This document shows positions 29,362 through 39,994 of a stretch of 64,000 nt of DNA, one piece after another. A program made the translations under genes and the position numbers. This stretch comes from Gammaproteobacteria bacterium (GTDB lineage: Bacteria; Pseudomonadota; Gammaproteobacteria; UBA4575): positions 64,001 through 128,000 of the forward strand of contig CBDCTA010000018.1 of NCBI GenBank assembly GCA_965221955.1, read 5' to 3'. Every line of letters starts with the position of its first letter. Position 1 is the stretch's first letter. The notes beneath the pieces are model-generated. The model was given only the letters and a program-made list of their open reading frames with translations, was not told the origin of the DNA and searched no databases.

Positions 29362-30534
29362 TTATCTTTCAATTTGTTGCAAACTATTTAGAAGCATTTC
29401 AGCTGTATTCTTCCATGACCTATTTTTTTTGCTAGATTCAAACATCTTAATATCCCAACGCTTATGTAATGCTTCACCAATTTTTTCCTTTAATTCATCA
29501 ATATCATCAGGCCGAAAAAGCAGTCCAGTTACCTCCTCTTCAATAACTTCCGGCACTCCTCCCACATTGGATGCAACAACAGGTGTACTACATGCAAGTG
29601 CTTCTAATACGACATTGGGCATTCCTTCATTGAAACTAGGAAGAACAAGTATATCTGCAGCATTTAGCCACAAAGGTATATTTTTGTGTTCAACTGCTCC
29701 ATGGAGCACAACACATTCACCCAAATCATGCTGAATAATTTCTCGCTGCAAGTCCGTACGCAAAGGACCATCTCCAACAAAATGCAATTTAATATTTAGA
29801 TCAGTCTCTTTCATGAATAGCGAAAACGCTTGTAATAATGCTAATGGATTTTTTTCAGGCTTCAGATTACCTATATATACTATATTTTTTTCTCCAAAAT
29901 ACTTTAGACCAAGATTTATTTTTGCATCTTTAATGCAAATAGGATAGAAAATATCTGGATTTACACCATTCTGTATGACGACAATATTGTCTTTATTTAC
30001 CCTAAATTCAATTTGCATGGTGTTCGACAAGTCATGACTAACAGAAATTATTTTACTCGCACTATTAAGCGCCCAGCTTGTCATAAACTTTCGACATCCT
30101 CCTCGTACACTATGGATATCAGAACCATGCACTTTCACAACAACTGGCAGCCTAAATACTTTTCCTAATAAAATTGTCGCAAATCCATCTGGATAGGCCC
30201 ATGTTCCCAATAAAATATTCGGTCTTTCTTTATAAATCAGGAATGAGGCACAAAAAAATATAGAGATAAAATAAAAAAAGCCATACATACATCGCATAAC
30301 TTTAGGTGTATAGAAATATGTTGGATAATAAACACTTATCTCAGAACCCTTTATTGAAAATATATTAATATTCCTTTCAGAAAATACTTTTTTAATTTTT
30401 GTAAGCCATGATATTGGCGCTATAACAAAAATTTTACATAGGCGGGATAATTCTAAAATTTGTTGATAATTAAAAGTGGCACGGTTTGATTCCATTTGAT
30501 TTGGAAACAAATTTGTTATGATTAAAATCCTCAC
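29362..30534 (-). CDS. Glycosyltransferase family 4 (TuaC-like)
   Basis: WAYPDG, VHGSDI, PSFNEGMPNVVLEALA. Confidence 0.9.
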   Translation of the reverse strand: MRILIITNLFPNQMESNRATFNYQQILELSRLCKIFVIAPISWLTKIKKVFSERNINIFSIKGSEISVYYPTYFYTPKVMRCMYGFFYFISIFFCASFLIYKERPNILLGTWAYPDGFATILLGKVFRLPVVVKVHGSDIHSVRGGCRKFMTSWALNSASKIISVSHDLSNTMQIEFRVNKDNIVVIQNGVNPDIFYPICIKDAKINLGLKYFGEKNIVYIGNLKPEKNPLALLQAFSLFMKETDLNIKLHFVGDGPLRTDLQREIIQHDLGECVVLHGAVEHKNIPLWLNAADILVLPSFNEGMPNVVLEALACSTPVVASNVGGVPEVIEEEVTGLLFRPDDIDELKEKIGEALHKRWDIKMFESSKKNRSWKNTAEMLLNSLQQIER

Positions 30535-30567
30535 AGGGACAATAAATAATATATGTAAATCAATGAG

Positions 30568-31740
30568 TTACGATTTATTCCATAAAGGCGCTGGAAGAAT
30601 ATAGTCTCGATAGTTATTTGGATCACCCACTTCACCTGCCTCAGCAGCTTTTATGATGTTATACATTTCTCTTGCGCTTACATAGTGTAAAAAATTATTT
30701 TTCTTATCATTGTAAGTATTCTCTAGATCAGTAAAGAACTGATCCATCTCAGATCCCAATAAAAATTCCATATTTTCTTCTTGTGCGCCATGAGTATGAA
30801 GCTTAATAAACACCCACTCTTCTCTGCCTTTTACATGGATATTACATCGCAACCAATGTTTCATTCTATTAATAGTGGGACGTTGCTCTATCCGAATATC
30901 TGAGTTTTCAATTTTAGGAATCTTAAGTATTCCTCGCTCTTCCCACGTTATGCATAAAGGGCCCTGAACTATCATTAAATCACCAGACTCATCACCACGT
31001 ACTCTCACATCTATACCATCATTATGAGATTTAGGTTTAGATGGATCATCCTTTGCATAGTAAATACTGTTGATTTTCTTTGTTTGCGAACTATCTGGAG
31101 CGGCAGGTAAAGTAAAGTCAGCATAACAATCTAATTCCTTTAACAAAAGAATTTCGTTATTTAGCCCACACCATTTTCCATCCGATCGAGAATTATCTAA
31201 ACACCAATTACCATGAATAAAACCCCATTTTATCTTGCCTGATTTAGGGCACTTTGAGAGTGCTCCATGATCTTCATGCAAGGTTTTTACAAATGCCTCA
31301 ATGGTATTGCAGAAATTTTCTTCATTATCATCATTATGGTGAATATGTACTTCAATTTCGCCAAAACCTTCGCTACATAATTTAGCAATTTTATCTAAAT
31401 AACTTTTCTCATACTCTTCTTCTGGATAAAAAAACGAATGCTTTGGATAACAGCCATCAGCATCTTTATGACATGAAGCAATTTTTTTATACTCTTTTGA
31501 CCATCTCTCAACACGTTGAGCTTCAACTTTTTTATCAGGTTTCCCCCACATTGGTTCATAATGATCCACAAAACAAAACATAATGTGTCTAGGTAATGAA
31601 GAGGCACGTGAAAAACTTAATTTACTTAAGTAATAAGTAGGCACCCATATATGGGCATTTCTAGTCTTGAGAATAAAATAGATTAAAATGGCTAAACTGA
31701 ACCCGACACCGAAAAGTATATATAGCCACAACAAACTCAC
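30568..31740 (-). CDS. Membrane-anchored hypothetical protein, possible metal-dependent hydrolase/deacetylase
   Basis: N-terminal TM helix; His/Asp-rich motifs VDHYEP, EVHIHH, FIHGNW, KLHTHG; overlaps upstream gene by 4 bp. Confidence 0.6.
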   Translation of the reverse strand: MSLLWLYILFGVGFSLAILIYFILKTRNAHIWVPTYYLSKLSFSRASSLPRHIMFCFVDHYEPMWGKPDKKVEAQRVERWSKEYKKIASCHKDADGCYPKHSFFYPEEEYEKSYLDKIAKLCSEGFGEIEVHIHHNDDNEENFCNTIEAFVKTLHEDHGALSKCPKSGKIKWGFIHGNWCLDNSRSDGKWCGLNNEILLLKELDCYADFTLPAAPDSSQTKKINSIYYAKDDPSKPKSHNDGIDVRVRGDESGDLMIVQGPLCITWEERGILKIPKIENSDIRIEQRPTINRMKHWLRCNIHVKGREEWVFIKLHTHGAQEENMEFLLGSEMDQFFTDLENTYNDKKNNFLHYVSAREMYNIIKAAEAGEVGDPNNYRDYILPAPLWNKS

Positions 31741-32885
31741 CTAGAAGTCCTTTCCCATGCTGGATTGACGTTACTTGATAAATATTTAAAGAAACCTACA
31801 AATAACGCAGCATTCATACTAACAAAGAATATTATTATAGAGATTATTTTTGGCATTTTATCTGTAAATGAAAATATCATTGAGAATGCTGAAAAAATGT
31901 AGACTGACAGTTGAATAACTAGCAAAATCATGAACACTGGGTTTTCTACCAGAATAATGCTTGTAATTAAACACAGTAATAGTAAATGAGGGGCAAACCA
32001 TCTCAAAACTTTATGTGAGATATATGTAAAGAAATGCGTGATGCTTGTAGCAGGATTAAGAAATTTTAGAAGCCTAAAAAATGCTTGATAATTACCTGTT
32101 CCTATCCTTACTCTTCTTTTGAACTCATGCTCAATTGTTTCAGGTGCATATTCATGCGCTATAGCTTCTGGCTCGTATATCATTTTATTACCTTGTAAGA
32201 CAACTTGCATCGCTACCATGAAGTCATCGATAATTGTATCGGGTAACAGTGGTATAAATAATTGCTTGCGTATTGCATAAATAGCGCCATTCGCGCCTAA
32301 CAATCCATTAACTTTATTTTCATTAATTTTTAGAAACTTCTCATATTTCCAGTAAAACCCATCTTGATTACTGCTATGCGACGATGCATGTATTTCCAAC
32401 TCTCCACAAACCCCTCCAATCAGTGGATCACTAAATGGCTTGACCAGTTTTTTAACTACATTTGATTCAAATAAAGTATTTGCGTCTGAAAAAATCAAAA
32501 TTTCTTCCTTTGCCTCCTCACACAAGTCATTTAACACAGAGGCTTTACCACGGCGTTCTTGGAATGGAAAGAATTTTAAATTTTTTAGACGATGGTTCTG
32601 AATTAAAGTATTTGTTTTATCAGTACTGCCATCAGATCCAATATAGATATATAATTTTTCAGACGGATATTGTAAATCATTCAAATTATCAAGTCTTTCG
32701 GTTATATCTATCTCTTCATTATATGCCGCAATAATGATTGCAACTTCAGGCCATTGAATATTTTCAGAATCACTAACTACTGACGTTTTCATCTGTACCA
32801 ATTTTGAAAGAAAAAATATCAGAACTGGATAAATTAGATAAGAATACACGACTAACGCTGCAGCGACCCAAAATACAAATTCCAT
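31737..32885 (-). CDS. Glycosyltransferase family 2, membrane-associated
   Basis: IIIAAYNEE, GSDGSTD, FSDAN, GANGAIYAIR, IIDDF, RRVRI; N- and C-terminal TM helices. Confidence 0.9.
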   Translation of the reverse strand: MEFVFWVAAALVVYSYLIYPVLIFFLSKLVQMKTSVVSDSENIQWPEVAIIIAAYNEEIDITERLDNLNDLQYPSEKLYIYIGSDGSTDKTNTLIQNHRLKNLKFFPFQERRGKASVLNDLCEEAKEEILIFSDANTLFESNVVKKLVKPFSDPLIGGVCGELEIHASSHSSNQDGFYWKYEKFLKINENKVNGLLGANGAIYAIRKQLFIPLLPDTIIDDFMVAMQVVLQGNKMIYEPEAIAHEYAPETIEHEFKRRVRIGTGNYQAFFRLLKFLNPATSITHFFTYISHKVLRWFAPHLLLLCLITSIILVENPVFMILLVIQLSVYIFSAFSMIFSFTDKMPKIISIIIFFVSMNAALFVGFFKYLSSNVNPAWERTSR

Positions 32886-32902
32886 AGGTTTATTCGCTTG
32901 AC

Positions 32903-33550
32903 TTAGTGTCTAGATAATTCGCTGACAGGACATATATCATATCCTGCAGATATCCATTTATCTAACAACTTAGGTAATGCCTTTATAGTATAAGAATTAT
33001 CATCGTGAAATAAGATGATGTCACCCGATTTAACTGGATTTTTATCAAATCTTTCAAGCAAAAACTCCTCGCTTTTTTGCGTGTAGTCCATGCTATCGTA
33101 TGACCAATAAATAATCTGTCTACCTGATCTAATTAAGCGGACTAGTAATGATGGCTTTAGCCTTCCCCTAGGGGGTCTAAATGCTTTTGGTCTTGATGTA
33201 TTAATTTTAGGTAGTAGTAAATCTAACTTTGCAATATCATCAATTTGCTCTTTTGGAGTGAATTTTTCGAACTCCCAGTGGCTATAACTATGGTTATAAA
33301 CATCATGGCCGGCAGTGATGATGTCTTGGAATATTGTTTTATATTTTTTCACGTGGTCACCTGTAACAAAAAAGCTTGCTTTTAGATTTCGATCACCAAG
33401 TATTTTGAGCACTTCACATGTATAACCTTCATGCGGGCCATCATCAAATGTGAGATAGATCGTTCTTTTACTCTGCGGACCAGATTGGATAATCCATTTA
33501 TCAGGCAAAAATTGATAACAAATTGATTTGAGTTTACTTGTTAACATCAA
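32903..33550 (-). CDS. Polysaccharide deacetylase (NodB/PgdA-like)
   Basis: LTFDDGP, NHSYSH, FRPPRG, IILFHD. Confidence 0.92.
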   Translation of the reverse strand: MMLTSKLKSICYQFLPDKWIIQSGPQSKRTIYLTFDDGPHEGYTCEVLKILGDRNLKASFFVTGDHVKKYKTIFQDIITAGHDVYNHSYSHWEFEKFTPKEQIDDIAKLDLLLPKINTSRPKAFRPPRGRLKPSLLVRLIRSGRQIIYWSYDSMDYTQKSEEFLLERFDKNPVKSGDIILFHDDNSYTIKALPKLLDKWISAGYDICPVSELSRH

Positions 33551-34656
33551 TTTGGCGCTCTTTTATATAGCTTTTCATAGCATTTAGCCATATTCGATAC
33601 ATTGCCATGTTCAATCACCCATTTTTGTCCTAACAAAGCAAATTGCTTACGCATATTTTTATCTTGTATTAAGGTCGAAATATTTTTTGCAAGTGCTACA
33701 GGGTCTTTTGGCGGCACTATTAAACCATTCTTACCATGCTGCACAATTTCAGAATTACCACCAACATCTGTGGCAACTATCGGTAAACCCACCGCACAAG
33801 CTTCTAATAAAGCAATCGAATACCCTTCAGATACAGAAGACATTACGAAAATGTCCATATTGCTTAGAAATGGCTTAACATCTTCTTTATCACCCAAAAG
33901 CTCAACCAGATCAGATATTCCAATTTTATTAACATGCTTTTGAAGTTTTTCTCTCAACGCCCCACCACCAATAATTTCCAAAGAAATACGATTATATTCC
34001 TCACTTAACAACTTAAATGAGTCTAATAGGGTAAAATAATCTTTAGCCCAATTTAACCTTCCTACACTTCCTATTATTAAATTTTTACTTTTTTTTACTT
34101 TTCTTAGAGCACTATTATTTGAATTTATATTTTTAATGCTAATATAATTGTTAACTTTTATTCCATTTGGAACAACTACACATTTCTCTTTGTCTACGAC
34201 CCCATCCTCAATTAATTTTTTCTTTGCTGCTTCACAAACAGCAACTACATAATTAGTTCGACGTAATGTGCTTTTATAATGCTTTTCTCGCTTCGCATTT
34301 GGGTCACGAGCGCCCAAACCATGTCGAGTATTCAAAAAACACTTAATTTTTAACATTAATGATGAAAAATATGCGTAATAGTGGGCTACGGCATTATGCG
34401 TGTGAACCACTTCTGTATTTTGTTGTTTAAAAGCTTTTCGCAACTTATATATTGCAGATAAGTCTATTCCTTTTTTTTTGCTGCAAACAATACACTCTAT
34501 TCCTTTACTTCTAGCCTCTTCTGCTAATTCACCAGCATTAAATAAACAAACTATTAAGCATTTATGTCCTTGTTGAAGCTGTGCCTCGACCAAGTCAATG
34601 ACCATTCTCTCCAAACCACCCCGACCAAGTGATTCAACAACATGCGTGATATTCAT
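33547..34656 (-). CDS. Glycosyltransferase family 4
   Basis: GGLERMV, VGRLNWAKD, SEGYSIALLEA, TDVGGNSE. Confidence 0.9.
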   Translation of the reverse strand: MNITHVVESLGRGGLERMVIDLVEAQLQQGHKCLIVCLFNAGELAEEARSKGIECIVCSKKKGIDLSAIYKLRKAFKQQNTEVVHTHNAVAHYYAYFSSLMLKIKCFLNTRHGLGARDPNAKREKHYKSTLRRTNYVVAVCEAAKKKLIEDGVVDKEKCVVVPNGIKVNNYISIKNINSNNSALRKVKKSKNLIIGSVGRLNWAKDYFTLLDSFKLLSEEYNRISLEIIGGGALREKLQKHVNKIGISDLVELLGDKEDVKPFLSNMDIFVMSSVSEGYSIALLEACAVGLPIVATDVGGNSEIVQHGKNGLIVPPKDPVALAKNISTLIQDKNMRKQFALLGQKWVIEHGNVSNMAKCYEKLYKRAPN

Positions 34657-36003
34657 TTAATGATTAAGGTTTGAAATTGTTACTCTATACTTGCCAGAGG
34701 ATGTAAGCGGAATATCATCTACCAAATTAACTTCTATATTGATCTTATCACCCAGCGCCTTCCTCGTTTCAGATTCTATAATCTTGGCGCTCTCAGTTGA
34801 AAATTTATCTCTAACGATTAATTTAATTTCAACATTATTGATATCTTTTTGTATAACTTGAAATTTATCTAGCCCTGAAAAGTCTTTGAGGAAATGAGGA
34901 AAAAACTCACCAGGTAATATTTTTCCATCTGAGGTATAAATGCAATCCAATGTCCTTCCAATTACTTTATCCATCAGCGGCAAGCCCCTTCCACATTCAC
35001 ATTTTTTATCACTTATTATTGCCATATCTTCGTTTTTATAACGTATGAACGGCATTCCATAATTATGCAAATCTGTTACTGCGACTTCACCAATTTCATT
35101 TTGTACTGAAAGCCCATCAGTATTCACCGTTTCCATAACCAAATGATCAATATTCATATGCATCCCGTTAAAACAGTCGCATTCTGAGGCCATTAACATA
35201 AACTCTCTACTACCGTAGGTGTTAAATACATCTGTATTAAAAACTTTTTTGATTAATGTACGTTGAAAATCATGCAAAGGTTCAGCGCCTGTGATAATCG
35301 ACATTGGAGAGTGTATTTCAATATTATTTTCAGCAACCCATTTTGCAAGCATATATATAGGGTTTACATATGAAACAATAATCTTTGGCTTGCGTTGATT
35401 AATACGCTTTACATATTTTTCAATTGTTTCTTTATCCATATCAAAGCAAGAAAGCATTTGCCTTCCATATATTTTATGATACATGCCCTCTTTATATTTA
35501 GCATAAGGCGAAACTTCTCCTATATTTGTCCCCCACAAAAATGTAGCTTTCCTACCTGGCAACATCTTTGCCCAACTATAACCTCTCCACATAACAGCAT
35601 TTCTACGCTCATAACTTTCCTTTGTGTATTCGAAACTAAGTGGTGCACCTGTTGAGCCACCCGTGGTTTTCTTTAAATTCATGTGCTTATGTGGTGTTGC
35701 AATTAAATCATTGTAATTATTTTTAATTATATCCTTAGTTAAAAAAGGCAGCTCCTCAAATACATTAAATTCAGTTAAATCAGTCGGATGAAAGTCTATT
35801 TTTTTCCAAAGATTGTTATAGTAATTTACATGCTCAAATGAATAAGATACTAGCTCTTTGAGCTTAGAAAACTGTATTTTTTTTAGTTCTTCATAAAACA
35901 AATACTGCTGAGATTCGTATTCTTTAGCAAAACTACTGCTACTGCGCCCTCTTAGCTTTTCATAAGTTGGTAGAAGAATATGTCTGAAAACCTCTTCATA
36001 CAT
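34657..36003 (-). CDS. Phenylacetate-CoA ligase-like / CapK-family adenylate-forming enzyme
   Basis: TTGGSTGAP loop, YGSREF, TDLHNYGMPFIRY, CECGRGLP, SGKYR. Confidence 0.85.
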   Translation of the reverse strand: MYEEVFRHILLPTYEKLRGRSSSSFAKEYESQQYLFYEELKKIQFSKLKELVSYSFEHVNYYNNLWKKIDFHPTDLTEFNVFEELPFLTKDIIKNNYNDLIATPHKHMNLKKTTGGSTGAPLSFEYTKESYERRNAVMWRGYSWAKMLPGRKATFLWGTNIGEVSPYAKYKEGMYHKIYGRQMLSCFDMDKETIEKYVKRINQRKPKIIVSYVNPIYMLAKWVAENNIEIHSPMSIITGAEPLHDFQRTLIKKVFNTDVFNTYGSREFMLMASECDCFNGMHMNIDHLVMETVNTDGLSVQNEIGEVAVTDLHNYGMPFIRYKNEDMAIISDKKCECGRGLPLMDKVIGRTLDCIYTSDGKILPGEFFPHFLKDFSGLDKFQVIQKDINNVEIKLIVRDKFSTESAKIIESETRKALGDKINIEVNLVDDIPLTSSGKYRVTISNLNH

Positions 36004-36030
36004 AATTAAAATCCTAAACCCATTTATGAT

Positions 36031-37305
36031 TTAGGCTCTGAAAAACACAAATATGATTAGATAAATGAACACAAGCATGCCTGTTGATGCATAGGCACAT
36101 ATTTTAAAAGTGTTTTTGAAAGTTAAGTCCATGTAGTCTGGATACTTTTGTATTACATAAAAATAAAACCCTGAAGCCATCGCACACAAAATTAAAAATA
36201 ATGGGCTATCTGTACGACTAATGAAAAATGTTGTAAACGCATACGCGAGCAAACCAAACAAAATACCTTTTGAGAGTCCCTTTAACTTTAATAATTCATT
36301 ACTTTGCTTAGCTGATAACTTGTTAGCAGGCTCATATTGATACGCAAAGTTATGTGTCATGTATATTGAAATCATCAAAAAAGAAAACCAAAAGAAATAC
36401 CCTATTAACCCTGTCTCAGCTGCAACTTGAACATAAGAACTATGCGCAACTATGTCATGATGATCTGTATATAAAGTATATCCAACTCCAAAAAATGGAT
36501 TACTTTTTAACATTTGGAAGCCTTCATACCATGCATCTACTCGTCCAACTGTTGAGGCTTCTGTAGTACCAATTGTAGAAAGTCGAGTCTTGATTACTGC
36601 TAAGGGAACCAATAAAGCTGCAACAAACCCCGTATAAAATGGATTAAAACGTTTCCATGTATACACTCCTGTCAACATTAATAATGAGGCAAATGTACCT
36701 CTAGATTTCGTAAGTATAATTGCATAAAAAATTACTGGCGCTGTTGTTAACCATAGAAATTTAGTCAGAAAAAACTTGGTTGAGCCTACAATGTAGGCTA
36801 ACAATGCCAGTATAATCAATAATAGCATTCCTAAATCGTTTGGGTCTTTGAATATTCCAATATAACGTATTCGATCATCTCTGAATAATTTAACACCTGT
36901 CCATCCTATACCATCTGATCCATGGAATTGCTCAATACCATGGATAGCAATTACTAATCCACATATGCATAAAAGTCGCATATATAGTTCAATTTGTTTA
37001 GGTAAAATAAAAACTGAGGACGCTATTAAAAATATAGCTAGTCGTCTAGATAGTATATTTGTTGTATCAATTGTTCCCTGAAGATAAAACCAACTTAGAT
37101 GAGAAAGTATTGCTGCAGAAATAAAACCTAACAATAACTTTAATTGCAATGAATTTAGATTCTTTTCTGGTTTAAATAACCAAAATAATAAACATGACCC
37201 TAATAGAACTGTAAGAACAGGTGTTTCATAAAACGCTGGTACATATTCGTGCAATCTTAAAAATAAGAATACAATATACGCAGCAAACAAAATTGAAATA
37301 AACAA
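36031..37305 (-). CDS. O-antigen ligase/polymerase family protein (probable Wzy)
   Basis: About 11-12 TM helices; DPNDLG, TKSRG, NPFFGVG, AHSSYVQVAAETG motifs. Confidence 0.82.
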   Translation of the reverse strand: MFISILFAAYIVFLFLRLHEYVPAFYETPVLTVLLGSCLLFWLFKPEKNLNSLQLKLLLGFISAAILSHLSWFYLQGTIDTTNILSRRLAIFLIASSVFILPKQIELYMRLLCICGLVIAIHGIEQFHGSDGIGWTGVKLFRDDRIRYIGIFKDPNDLGMLLLIILALLAYIVGSTKFFLTKFLWLTTAPVIFYAIILTKSRGTFASLLMLTGVYTWKRFNPFYTGFVAALLVPLAVIKTRLSTIGTTEASTVGRVDAWYEGFQMLKSNPFFGVGYTLYTDHHDIVAHSSYVQVAAETGLIGYFFWFSFLMISIYMTHNFAYQYEPANKLSAKQSNELLKLKGLSKGILFGLLAYAFTTFFISRTDSPLFLILCAMASGFYFYVIQKYPDYMDLTFKNTFKICAYASTGMLVFIYLIIFVFFRA

Positions 37306-37319
37306 GAGCGCCCCTCTAT

Positions 37320-38432
37320 TTAATTAGTTAACTTATGAAAAAGATATATCAACTTTGAAGTCAACAACTTATTAAATATAATAATATTAAACATTGTGGC
37401 CGTATTGCACCCATATGCAGATTTATATGACTCAGCTTGGCCCATCATAAAATCGTAAATATATTTTTTATCATCAATCGCAAGCTTAATAGCTTCTGTA
37501 TGCGCTAAAACACCTGGTGAAAGTTTTTTATATTGCACTAAATCAAATCCCGATTGATAATAATAAACTACGTCATTCATGCAAAAATTGTAAAGTATAG
37601 ATAAATATTTTCCATTAAGCTTTATATACAAAAGTTGTAATTCGTTTTTACTTAAAAACATTTTTGCAATTTTTTTATGAAACTGCACAAATTCTGAAGA
37701 CGTGAAAGCTCCGCTTTTACCTCTTGCTTTCCATCTAGCCGAATGAAGCTCTGCAAGACGCTCAAATTCTTTATTAACTTCATTCTCATCGCTTACACAC
37801 TTAACCTCTAATTTACCTACGGTATTAATTTTTTTATTATTAGTTTTAATAGATCGTTTAATTCTTGGCGAAAGAGTTTGATAATATTTTTCCCACGTAT
37901 TGGGCAGTTTTATATAATAGCGGTAGCCACACATATCAGACTTAATAGAAAATCCAATTTTTCTAGCTTCATCGACTAAATCACGATAAATTACTGAATT
38001 AATTAAAATCCTTGATAATCTAATGGTAGCCCAACCATTAATATTTTCTGAGAAATACTGCAGTATTTGGCGACATACTCGTTGTTTAAACTGATCTTGT
38101 GTTATGACATCCAGATACTCTGAGCACACCTCCATATGATCTGGCTCACCTGTACCCAAGAAGTAAATATGCTTTAAATGCGGAAATGTAGAAGTCGTTC
38201 TTATATAAAATGGCGCAATTGCTACCACTTTTTGTGCATTGCTTAATACAAGTATATTGAGTTTTGTATCCTTAGTACGATATACGTCCCACCACGTATA
38301 CATCCATGACCAGGTTAAAAAAGGTGAAGCTTGGTCGAATGAAAGCAGAAGATCGTTCCAACAATCCTCTAACTCTTTGAATCTCTGTGTAGAATCTACA
38401 ATCTCTAAAGCAAGCTTATCAGTATCTGACAA
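37320..38432 (-). CDS. GNAT-family acyltransferase (CelD/BcsL-like)
   Basis: PFLTWSWMYTWW, IAPF, YYQSGFD, LSPG, YDFMMG...YK. Confidence 0.82.
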   Translation of the reverse strand: MSDTDKLALEIVDSTQRFKELEDCWNDLLLSFDQASPFLTWSWMYTWWDVYRTKDTKLNILVLSNAQKVVAIAPFYIRTTSTFPHLKHIYFLGTGEPDHMEVCSEYLDVITQDQFKQRVCRQILQYFSENINGWATIRLSRILINSVIYRDLVDEARKIGFSIKSDMCGYRYYIKLPNTWEKYYQTLSPRIKRSIKTNNKKINTVGKLEVKCVSDENEVNKEFERLAELHSARWKARGKSGAFTSSEFVQFHKKIAKMFLSKNELQLLYIKLNGKYLSILYNFCMNDVVYYYQSGFDLVQYKKLSPGVLAHTEAIKLAIDDKKYIYDFMMGQAESYKSAYGCNTATMFNIIIFNKLLTSKLIYLFHKLTN

Positions 38433-38478
38433 ATTTAATTGTATCTCATCAAATTGTTTGACTTACAAAGATTCAGAA

Positions 38479-39897
38479 TTAAAAGTTTTGATAAACAATA
38501 CCTGCTCTAATTTCAAAAGCATCGAAATCACTTCCTTCTACATCGCTATCTCTATCACGATAATCAATACTGGATTCTAGTCTCCAATTTCGTGTTATAT
38601 AATTAGTTGCTTCAAATTGGATCAATAGATCTTCATCGTTTCGATTATCAAGTGTAAAGTCGGTCTCCCGAAACTCGCCCGACAAACCGAACACAACTCG
38701 ATCACTATAAGGTAGTGAGAATTCCACAATCGCACCATCAATATCGCGATCATTAATTTCTACCAAATCATACTCTTCTTCACGAGTGAAAATTTCAAAG
38801 CTAGAACCCAATTTAGAGAATTGTTTGTTATATCTAAGAGAGAAGCCTCTATTGTCAACCGTGTCACCTGTTACAGATAGATCGACGTCACCAAATCTAT
38901 CATCGCCACCAATACTCTGGAATCCACCGCCAACTGTCCCCCCTACACTATTGAATCCTGAACCAAGACCAAATGAACCACCATCTAGCGAATCAGTACT
39001 TGTATCTGAGAACCCATCATAGGCGTTTAAACCAAGGCTTGAAGTAGAATTAATGGTGTAATTTATATCGATAGAATTATTTGCACCATCCGAAGTTTTA
39101 TTTGGACCTGAGTCACGATTAATTTTTGTAAAACCAACTTGGGCAGACACTCCAAGAGAGGATCGAGTATGATCATATTGGACATAGTAATTATGACGAT
39201 CAAAGTCAACGTTACCTTCAGTCAAAGGATCCTCGTTATCATCGTCAAAATTAACTGACTCTGTCGAATAATTTAATGAAATACTGCTACTTGTATTGAT
39301 GTCTCTAATAATGCCAACTGTACCTTGCAACCGATCATTATCAATGTTTGACGATTCCGACTGCGTGTTTAGATATCGGCCTTCAAAATTTAATCTCGTA
39401 TTGCTGAATATTTCAGGAGTGAAAGTTGGTCCTGTTACAAATGTATTTACATTCTGTTGATTTTGCTGGTTGGGGGCATCTCTTATATCAATGGGGAACT
39501 CAGTACTAAAATGATCCTCAAAAGTCCAAGTGAATAATTCTGGGCTAATTTTCCAATCAAGTATAGCGTCTAAATCAAAATCATTTCGGTTTCCTATCGT
39601 TCCGTCAGAGTATCCTCTATATTCACTCTCTGCACTGATTTCAGCATCAAATTTTGGTCCCAAATGAGTTGCATTGATAGAGCCTCTAGGTTCAATAACA
39701 ACATCACTATCTTCATTTGAGTCAGTTCTCCGAACATTATCAGTGTATTCTACAAATAGACCAGCCTCCCAATCTACGCGCCAATTAGCCTGAGCTATCA
39801 TAGGCGTGAACAAAAAAACTGCCAACACAAGTACGACACACTTGAAAGTAAATTGGTCTTTTAGCAAACCATTTAGCTGAGGAATTCTGAATTTCAT
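38479..39897 (-). CDS. Outer-membrane beta-barrel protein of polysaccharide export
   Basis: Signal peptide ending AQA, YTDNV N-terminal motif, alternating beta-strand pattern, terminal Phe (IVYQNF); next to wza and chain-length genes. Confidence 0.8.
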   Translation of the reverse strand: MKFRIPQLNGLLKDQFTFKCVVLVLAVFLFTPMIAQANWRVDWEAGLFVEYTDNVRRTDSNEDSDVVIEPRGSINATHLGPKFDAEISAESEYRGYSDGTIGNRNDFDLDAILDWKISPELFTWTFEDHFSTEFPIDIRDAPNQQNQQNVNTFVTGPTFTPEIFSNTRLNFEGRYLNTQSESSNIDNDRLQGTVGIIRDINTSSSISLNYSTESVNFDDDNEDPLTEGNVDFDRHNYYVQYDHTRSSLGVSAQVGFTKINRDSGPNKTSDGANNSIDINYTINSTSSLGLNAYDGFSDTSTDSLDGGSFGLGSGFNSVGGTVGGGFQSIGGDDRFGDVDLSVTGDTVDNRGFSLRYNKQFSKLGSSFEIFTREEEYDLVEINDRDIDGAIVEFSLPYSDRVVFGLSGEFRETDFTLDNRNDEDLLIQFEATNYITRNWRLESSIDYRDRDSDVEGSDFDAFEIRAGIVYQNF

Positions 39898-39994
39898 TAG
39901 TAAATTTAGTTAGTTATTTGGTTACAAAAGTATAACAAGATAACCCTCTCTACGCGCAGGATTATTTAGCTGGATACTCTTATTTACTTTTTAA

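Noticed and set aside
34471-34479. 9-nt A/T homopolymer in a GT4 gene (another at 17964-17972) as a phase-variation tract
   Set aside because: Such runs are expected in very AT-rich DNA, the frames are intact, and no long poly-G/C tracts were seen.
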